Shown here piece after piece: positions 1 through 6,594 of a DNA stretch of 8,331 nucleotides. The position numbers and the translations under genes were made by a program. The notes beneath the pieces are model-generated. The model ran no database searches, was not told the origin of the DNA, and saw only the letters and a program-made list of their open reading frames with translations. This DNA comes from a virus. Lineage: Duplodnaviria > Heunggongvirae > Uroviricota > Caudoviricetes. Where the stretch lies: the IMG/VR virus record IMGVR_UViG_2603880147_000004; one strand, given 5' to 3'. Numbering within the stretch: position 1 is the first letter of the stretch; every line of letters begins with the position of its first letter.

Positions 1-309
1 AGTGAAACCCGGTATGGATGTGGCTTCGGCCCCTTCCGTAAGAAAGTGCGCTTTGGTGATGGCTATTCCCAGCGAGCGCCTGCCGGGCTGAATGCCGACC
101 TGAAAACGTACAGCGTGACGCTTTCTGTTCCCCGTTGGGAGGCCACGGCGCTGGAGTCGTTTCTGGCTGAGCACGGGGGCTGGAAAGCCTTTCTGTGGAC
201 GCCGCCTTATGAGTGGCGGCAGATAAAGGTGACCTGCGCAAAATGGTCGTCGCGGGTCAGTATGCTGCGTGTTGAGTTCAGCGCAGAGTTTGAACAGGTG
301 GTGAACTGA
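1..309 (+). CDS. M: Tail tip protein M, 3' portion (5' end lies upstream of the window); reading frame appears to shift at an A-run near 40-45
   Basis: Frame 1 from 46 to stop TGA 307-309 translates to VRFGDGYSQRAPAGLNADLKTYSVTLSVPRWEATALESFLAEHGGWKAFLWTPPYEWRQIKVTCAKWSSRVSMLRVEFSAEFEQVVN, matching my recollection of the lambda gpM C-terminus. Bases 2-45 match gpM only in frame 2 (VKPGMDVASAPSVRK). Stop overlaps the L start (TGATG). Confidence 0.8.
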   Translation, partial: SETRYGCGFGPFRKKVRFGDGYSQRAPAGLNADLKTYSVTLSVPRWEATALESFLAEHGGWKAFLWTPPYEWRQIKVTCAKWSSRVSMLRVEFSAEFEQVVN

Positions 310-1007
310 TGCAGGATATCCGGCAGGAAACACTGAATGAATGCACCCGTGCGGAGCAGTCGGCCAGCGTGGTGCTCTGGGAAATCGATCTGACAGAGGT
401 CGGTGGAGAACGTTATTTTTTCTGTAATGAGCAGAACGAAAAAGGTGAGCCGGTCACCTGGCAGGGGCGACAGTATCAGCCGTATCCCATTCAGGGGAGT
501 GGTTTTGAACTGAATGGCAAAGGCACCAGTACGCGCCCCACGCTGACGGTTTCTAACCTGTACGGTATGGTCACCGGGATGGCGGAAGATCTGCAGAGTC
601 TGGTCGGCGGAACGGTGGTCCGGCGTAAGGTTTACGCCCGTTTTCTGGATGCGGTGAACTTCGTCAACGGAAACAGCGAAGCCGATCCGGAGCAGGAGGT
701 GATCAGCCGCTGGCGCATCGAGCAGTGCAGCGAACTGAGCGCGGTCAGTGTCTCTTTTGTACTGTCCACACCGACTGAAACGGATGGCTCTGTTTTTCCG
801 GGGCGTATCATGCTGGCCAACACCTGCACCTGGACCTATCGCGGCGATGAGTGCGGTTATAGCGGTCCGGCGGTCGCGGATGAATATGACCAGCCGACGT
901 CCGATATCACGAAGGATAAATGCAGCAAATGCCTGAGCGGCTGTAAGTTTCGCAATAACGTCGGCAACTTTGGCGGCTTCCTTTCCATTAACAAACTTTC
1001 GCAGTAA
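309..1007 (+). CDS. L: Tail tip assembly protein L (lambda gpL family)
   Basis: Intact 232-aa ORF, the same length as lambda gpL. ATG at 309 overlaps the M stop; SD-like AGGTGG at 296-301. Protein MQDIRQETLNECTRAEQSASVVLWEIDL...CSKCLSGCKFRNNVGNFGGFLSINKLSQ with a C-terminal cysteine cluster, consistent with the Fe-S cluster reported for gpL. Confidence 0.93.
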   Translation: MQDIRQETLNECTRAEQSASVVLWEIDLTEVGGERYFFCNEQNEKGEPVTWQGRQYQPYPIQGSGFELNGKGTSTRPTLTVSNLYGMVTGMAEDLQSLVGGTVVRRKVYARFLDAVNFVNGNSEADPEQEVISRWRIEQCSELSAVSVSFVLSTPTETDGSVFPGRIMLANTCTWTYRGDECGYSGPAVADEYDQPTSDITKDKCSKCLSGCKFRNNVGNFGGFLSINKLSQ

Positions 1008-1011
1008 TCCC

Positions 1012-1755
1012 ATGACACAGACAGAATCAGCGATTCTGGCGCACGCCCGGCGATGTGCGCCAGCGGAGTCGTGCGGCTTCGTGGTGAGAGCGCCGGAGGG
1101 GGAAAGATATTTTCCCTGCGTGAATATCTCCGGTGAGCCGGAGGCGTATTTCCGTATGTCGCCGGAAGACTGGCTGCAGGCAGAAATGCAGGGTGAGATT
1201 GTGGCGCTGGTCCACAGCCACCCCGGTGGTCTGCCCTGGCTGAGTGAGGCCGACAGGCGGCTGCAGGTGCAGAGTGATTTGCCGTGGTGGCTGGTCTGCC
1301 GGGGAGTGATTCATAAGTTCCGCTGTGTGCCGCATCTCACCGGGCGGCGTTTTGAGCACGGGGTGACAGACTGTTATACGCTGTTCCGCGATGCCTATCA
1401 TCTGGCGGGGATTGAGATGCCGGATTTTCATCGCGGGGATGACTGGTGGCGTCACGGTCAGAATCTCTATCTGGATAATCTGGAGGCCACAGGGCTGTAT
1501 CAGGTGCCGTTGTCAGCGGCACAGCCGGGCGATGTTCTGCTGTGCTGTTTTGGTTCATCGGTGCCGAATCACGCCGCCATTTACTGCGGCGACGGCGAGC
1601 TGCTGCACCATATTCCTGAACAACTGAGCAAACGAGAGAGGTATACCGACAAATGGCAGCGACGCACACACTCCCTCTGGCGTCACCAGGCATGGCACGC
1701 ATCTGCCTTTACGGGGATTTACAACGATTTGGCCGCCGCATCGACCTGCGTGTGA
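1012..1755 (+). CDS. K: Tail tip assembly protein K (lambda gpK family), two-domain JAMM/MPN + NlpC/P60
   Basis: Intact ORF. ATG at 1012 lies 4 nt after the L stop (MTQTESAILAHARRCAPAESCGFVV...). JAMM-type motif HSHPGGLPWLSEAD (HxH-x7-S-x2-D) with an upstream Glu (PAESCGF). NlpC/P60-like Cys (GVTDCYTLF) and His (NHAAIYCGDGELLHH) follow. Start is uncertain: the track offers TTG 970 inside L, and the classical lambda annotation uses the internal ATG at 1156. Confidence 0.88.
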   Translation: MTQTESAILAHARRCAPAESCGFVVRAPEGERYFPCVNISGEPEAYFRMSPEDWLQAEMQGEIVALVHSHPGGLPWLSEADRRLQVQSDLPWWLVCRGVIHKFRCVPHLTGRRFEHGVTDCYTLFRDAYHLAGIEMPDFHRGDDWWRHGQNLYLDNLEATGLYQVPLSAAQPGDVLLCCFGSSVPNHAAIYCGDGELLHHIPEQLSKRERYTDKWQRRTHSLWRHQAWHASAFTGIYNDLAAASTCV

Positions 1756-2324
1756 AAACGGGGGCCGAAGCCATCCGCGCACTGGCCACACAGCTCCCGG
1801 CGTTTCGTCAGAAACTGAGCGACGGCTGGTATCAGGTACGGATTGCCGGGCGGGACGTCAGCACGTCCGGGTTAACGGCGTAGTTACATGAGACTCTGCC
1901 TGACGGCGCTGTGATTCATATTGTTCCCAGAGTCGCCGGGGCCAAGTCAGGGGGCGTATTCCAGATTGTTCTGGGGGCTGCCGCCATTGCCGGATCATTC
2001 TTTACTGCCGGAGCCACTCTTGCAGCATGGGGGGCAGCCATTGGGGCCGGTGGTATGACCGGTATCCTGTTTTCTCTCGGTGCCAGTATGGTACTTGGTG
2101 GTGTGGCGCAGATGCTGGCACCGAAAGCCAGGACGCCCACGGCAGCAAGTACAGATAACGGCAAACAGAACACCTATTTCTCCTCACTGGATAACATGGT
2201 TGCCCAGGGCAATGTTCTGCCCGTTCTGTACGGTGAAATGCGCGTGGGGTCGCGGGTGGTCTCTCAGGAGATCAGCACGGCAGACGAAGGGGATGGTGGT
2301 CAGGTTGTGGTGATTGGTCGCTGA
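1653..2324 (+). pseudogene. I: Tail tip assembly protein I (lambda gpI family), interrupted by an in-frame TAG at 1881-1883
   Basis: ATG at 1653 overlaps the K 3' end by 103 nt in another frame, as in lambda. The frame is open for 76 codons (MAATHTLPLASPGMARICLYGDLQRFGRRIDLRVKTGAEAIRALATQLPAFRQKLSDGWYQVRIAGRDVSTSGLTA), then TAG, then the same frame continues with no further stop to TGA 2322-2324 (LHETLPDGAVIHIVPRVAGAKSGGVFQIVLGAAAIAGSFF...GGQVVVIGR). Total length 672 bp equals a 223-aa gpI plus stop. In lambda the position is Gln (CAG) as I recall. Confidence 0.85.
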
Positions 2325-2342
2325 TGAAAAACATTTTATGTG

Positions 2343-2370
2343 AAACCGCCTCCGGGCGGTTTTATCGTTT
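2343..2370 (+). terminator. GC-rich hairpin followed by a T-rich tract in the I-J intergenic spacer (terminator-like or RNA processing/stability element)
   Basis: AAACCGCC (2343-2350), loop TCCG, GGCGGTTT (2355-2362), then TTTTATCGTTT. Sits between the I stop (2324) and the J start (2385). Confidence 0.4.
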
Positions 2371-2384
2371 ATGGAGCATGACGA

Positions 2385-5300
2385 ATGGGTAAAGGCAGCA
2401 GTAAGGGGCATACCCCGCGCGAAGCGAAGGACAACCTGAAATCACCCAGATGCTGAGCGTGATAGACGCCATCAGCGAAGGGCCGATTGAAGGTCCGGTG
2501 GACGGATTAAAAAGCGTGCTGCTGAACAGTACGCCGGTGCTGGACAGTGAGGGGAATACCAATATCTCCGGCGTCACGGTGGTGTTCCGGGCAGGTGAGC
2601 AGGAGCAGACACCGCCGGAGGGATTTGAATCCTCCGGCTCCGAGACGGTGCTGGGTACGGAAGTGAAATACGACACGCCGATTACCCGGACCATCACGTC
2701 GGCAAACATCGACCGTCTGCGCTTTACCTTCGGTGTGCAGGCACTGGTGGAAACCACCTCAAAGGGGGACCGGAATCCGTCGGAAGTCCGCCTGCTGGTT
2801 CAGATACAGCGTAACGGTGGCTGGGTGACGGAAAAAGACATCACCATTAAAGGCAAAACCACCTCACAGTATCTGGCATCGGTGGTGGTGGATAACCTGC
2901 CGCCGCGCCCGTTCAATATCCGGATGCGCAGGATGACGCCGGACAGCACCACAGACCAGCTGCAGAACAAAACGCTCTGGTCGTCATACACCGAAATCAT
3001 CGATGTGAAACAGTGCTACCCGAACACGGCACTGGTCGGCGTACAGGTGGATTCGGAGCAGTTCGGCAGCCAGCAGGTGAGCCGTAATTATCATCTGCGC
3101 GGGCGTATTCTGCAGGTGCCGTCGAACTATAACCCGCAGACGCGGCAATACAGCGGTATCTGGGACGGAACGTTTAAACCAGCATACAGCAACAACATGG
3201 CCTGGTGTCTGTGGGATATGCTGACCCACCCACGCTACGGCATGGGGAAACGTCTTGGTGCGGCAGATGTGGACAAATGGGCGCTGTATGTCATCGGCCA
3301 GAACTGCGACCAGTCAGTGCCGGACAGCTTTGGCGGCACGGAGCCGCGCATCACCTGTAATGCGTACCTGACCACACAACGCAAGGCCTGGGATGTGCTC
3401 AGTGATTTCTGCTCGGCGATGCGCTGTATGCCGGTATGGAACGGGCAGACGCTGACGTTCGTGCAGGACCGACCGTCGGATAAGGTGTGGACCTATAACC
3501 GCAGTAATGTGGTGATGCCGGATGATGGCGCGCCGTTCCGCTACAGCTTCAGCGCCCTGAAGGACCGCCATAATGCCGTTGAGGTGAACTGGATTGACCC
3601 GAACAACGGCTGGGAGACGGCGACAGAGCTTGTTGAAGATACGCAGGCCATTGCCCGTTACGGTCGTAATGTCACGAAGATGGATGCCTTTGGCTGTACC
3701 AGTCGGGGGCAGGCACACCGCGCCGGGCTGTGGCTGATTAAAACGGAACTGCTGGAAACGCAGACCGTGGACTTCAGCGTGGGTGCTGAAGGGCTTCGCC
3801 ATGTACCGGGCGATGTCATTGAAATCTGCGATGATGACTATGCCGGTATCAGCATCGGCGGGCGCGTGCTGGCGGTGAACAGCCAGACCCGGACGCTGAC
3901 GCTCGACCGTGAAATCACGCTGCTATCCTCCGGTACTACGCTGATAAGCCTGGTTGACGGAAGTGGCAATCCGGTCAGCGTGGAGGTCCAGTCCGTCACC
4001 GACGGCGTGAAGGTAAAAGTGAGCCGTGTTCCTGACGGCGTTGCAGAATACAGCGTGTGGGGGCTGAAGTTGCCGACGTTGCGCCAGCGCCTGTTCCGCT
4101 GTGTGAGTATCCGTGAGAACGATGACGGCACGTATGCCATCACCGCCGTGCAGCATGTACCGGAAAAAGAAGCCATCGTGGATAACGGGGCGCACTTTGA
4201 CGGCGACCAGAGCGGCACGGTGAATGGCGTTACGCCGCCAGCGGTGCAGCACCTGACCGCCGAAGTCACCGCAGACAGCGGGGAGTATCAGGTACTGGCC
4301 CGCTGGGACACGCCGAAGGTGGTGAAGGGCGTGAGCTTCCTGCTCCGTCTGACCGTAACAGCGGATGACGGCAGTGAGCGGCTGGTCAGCACGGCCCGGA
4401 CGACGGAAACCACATACCGCTTCAGGCAGCTGGCGCCAGGGAACTACAGGCTGACGGTCCGGGCGGTAAATGCGTGGGGACAGCAGGGCGATCCGGCGTT
4501 GGTATCGTTCCGGATTGCCGCCCCGGCAGCGCCGTCGCGGATTGAGCTGACGTCGGGCTATTTTCAGATAACTGCCACGCCGCATCTTGCGGTTTATGAT
4601 CCGACGGTACAGTTTGAGTTCTGGTTCTCGGAAAAGCGGATTGCGGATATCAGGCAGGTTGAAACCACAGCACGCTATCTTGGCACGGCGCTGTACTGGA
4701 TAGCCGCCAGTATCAATATCAGGCCGGGCCATGATTATTATTTTTACGTTCGCAGTGTGAACACCGTTGGCAAATCGGCATTCGTGGAGGCTGTTGGTCA
4801 GCCGAGTGATGATGCATCCGGCTATCTGGATTTTTTCAAAGGCGAGATAGGGAAAACCCATCTGGCTCAGGAGCTGTGGACGCAGATTGATAACGGTCAG
4901 CTTGCGCCTGACCTGGCTGAAATCAGGACGTCCATTACGGATGTCAGCAATGAAATCACGCAGACCGTCAATAAGAAACTGGAAGACCAGAGTGCGGCAA
5001 TTCAGCAGATACAGAAGGTTCAGGTTGATACAAATAATAACCTGAACAGCATGTGGGCTGTGAAGCTGCAGCAGATGCAGGACGGACGCCTTTATATCGC
5101 GGGTATTGGTGTCGGTATTGAGAACACCCCTGACGGCATGCAGAGTCAGGTGCTGCTGGCGGCGGACAGGATTGCGATGGTTAATCCTGCGAATGGCAAC
5201 ACAAAACCGATGTTTGTTGGTCAGGGCGATCAGATATTCATGAACGACGTGTTCCTGAAACGCCTGACGGCCCCCACCATTACCAGCGGTGGAAATCCAC

Positions 5301-5863
5301 CGGCATTTTCCCTGACACCGGACGGAAAGCTGACTGCTAAAAATGCGGATATCAGTGGCAGTGTGAATGCGAACTCCGGGACGCTCAACAACGTCACGAT
5401 TAATGAGAACTGTCAGATTAAGGGGAAACTGTCAGCCAATCAGATTGAAGGCGATATTGTCAAAACAGTGGGTAAGGCTTTCCCGCGGGACTCCCGGGCA
5501 CCGGAGCGGTGGCCATCAGGGACCATTACCGTCAGGATTTATGACGATCAGCCTTTTGACAGGCAAATTGTTATTCCAGCGGTGGCATTCTGCGGCGCTA
5601 AACATGAGCGGGAGAATAACGATATTTATTCGTCATGCCGCCTGATAGTGAAGAAAAATGGTGCTGAAATTTATAACCGTACCGCGCTGGATAATACGCT
5701 GATTTACAGTGGTGTTATTGATATGCCAGCTGGTCACGGCCACATGACGCTGGAGTTTTCGGTGTCAGCATGGCTGGTAAATGACTGGTATCCCACAGCA
5801 AGTATCAGCGATTTGCTGGTTGTGGTGATGAAGAAAGCCACCGCTGGCATCAGTATCAGCTGA
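2385..5863 (+). pseudogene. J: Tip attachment / host specificity protein J (central tail fibre), with a frameshift about 20 codons from the start; the long open frame is 2450-5863
   Basis: ATG at 2385 with GGAG at 2373-2376 encodes [20 protein letters not shown], the gpJ N-terminus as I recall it, and hits TGA at 2454-2456 after about 22 codons. The 1137-codon ORF 2450-5863 is in another frame, begins [32 protein letters not shown] (lambda gpJ residues about 23 onward) and has no SD before its ATG. This implies a net 1-bp deletion near 2440-2448. The rest is gpJ-like to about 4840, then divergent. Confidence 0.88.
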
Positions 5864-5881
5864 ATTTTATAACCCATATAC

Positions 5882-5909
5882 GGGCGCCAGAAATGGCGCC
5901 TTTTTTATT
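5882..5909 (+). terminator. Rho-independent terminator downstream of J
   Basis: Perfect palindromic stem GGCGCC (5883-5888), loop AGAAAT, GGCGCC (5895-5900), then TTTTTTATT, 19 nt after the J stop. Confidence 0.75.
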
Positions 5910-5930
5910 GCAGAAAAGCGAGAGGTAATT

Positions 5931-6530
5931 ATGCGTAAAGTTTGTGCAGCCATTTTGTCCGCAGCCATCTGTCTGGCCGTATCCGGTGCGCCTGCATGGG
6001 CGTCTGAGCAGCAGGCCACACTGAGCGCAGGGTATCTTCATGCCCGTACGAACGCTCCCGGCAGCGATAATCTGAACGGGATTAACGTGAAATACCGTTA
6101 TGAGTTTACGGACACGCTGGGGCTGATTACGTCATTCAGTTATGCCAACGCTGAAGATGAGCAAAAAACGCATTACAGCGATACCCGCTGGTATGAAGAT
6201 TCCGTGCGTAACCGCTGGTTCAGCGTGATGGCGGGGCCGTCTGTGCGCGTGAATGAATGGTTCAGCGCGTATGCGATGGTGGGTGTGGCTTACAGCCGTG
6301 TGTCGACTTTCTCCGGGAATTATCTGCAGGTGACCGACAATACGGGGAAAACGCACGATGTGCTGACCGGAAGTGATGACGGTCGCCACAGCAACACGTC
6401 TCTGGCGTGGGGGGCTGGCGTGCAGTTTAACCCGACCGAATCCGTGGCCGTTGATGTCGCTTATGAAGGCTCCGGCAGCGGTGACTGGCGTACCAACAGT
6501 TTCATCGTTGGTGTCGGTTATAAATTCTGA
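5931..6530 (+). CDS. lom: Lom-like outer membrane protein (Ail/Lom/PagC/OmpX 8-strand beta-barrel family), prophage moron
   Basis: 199-aa ORF with SD GAGAGG at 5920-5925 five nt before the ATG. Signal peptide [24 protein letters not shown] then SEQQ. C-terminus [22 protein letters not shown] ends in the aromatic residue typical of OMP barrels and closely matches the lambda Lom C-terminus as I recall it. Internal [12 protein letters not shown] and SVMAGP motifs are also shared. It sits between J and stf as in lambda. Confidence 0.9.
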   Translation: MRKVCAAILSAAICLAVSGAPAWASEQQATLSAGYLHARTNAPGSDNLNGINVKYRYEFTDTLGLITSFSYANAEDEQKTHYSDTRWYEDSVRNRWFSVMAGPSVRVNEWFSAYAMVGVAYSRVSTFSGNYLQVTDNTGKTHDVLTGSDDGRHSNTSLAWGAGVQFNPTESVAVDVAYEGSGSGDWRTNSFIVGVGYKF

Positions 6531-6556
6531 TTAGCCAGGTAACACAGTGTTATGAC

Positions 6557-6583
6557 AGCCCGCCGGTTCAGGCGGGCTTTTTT
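6557..6583 (+). terminator. Rho-independent terminator downstream of lom
   Basis: Stem AGCCCGCC (6557-6564), loop GGTTCA, GGCGGGCT (6571-6578), then TTTTTTGTGG, 27 nt after the lom stop. Confidence 0.75.
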
Positions 6584-6594
6584 GTGGGGGGAAT

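Noticed and set aside
970-1011. TTG at 970 as the K start, as given in the ORF track
   Set aside because: It would place 14 codons of K inside L with no SD. The ATG at 1012 immediately after the L stop is more plausible, although the true start is not certain.
207-1013. 268-codon minus-strand ORF antisense to M and L
   Set aside because: It lies entirely opposite the well-supported L gene. The translation is Arg/Ala-rich with no recognisable domain, typical of an antisense frame in GC-rich coding DNA.
2450-2452. ATG at 2450 as an authentic J initiation codon
   Set aside because: No SD precedes it, and the codons upstream of it in the other frame encode the conserved gpJ N-terminus. A frameshift lesion is the simpler explanation.
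3923-4861. 312-codon minus-strand ORF, plus smaller minus-strand ORFs at 3314-3802 and 3838-4269, antisense to J
   Set aside because: They are embedded opposite the conserved J frame and are Arg-rich and low-complexity, with no plausible RBS context. Most likely shadow ORFs.
5367-5645. 92-codon plus-strand ORF inside J in an alternative frame
   Set aside because: It is fully nested in J and has Arg-rich junk composition with no independent signals.
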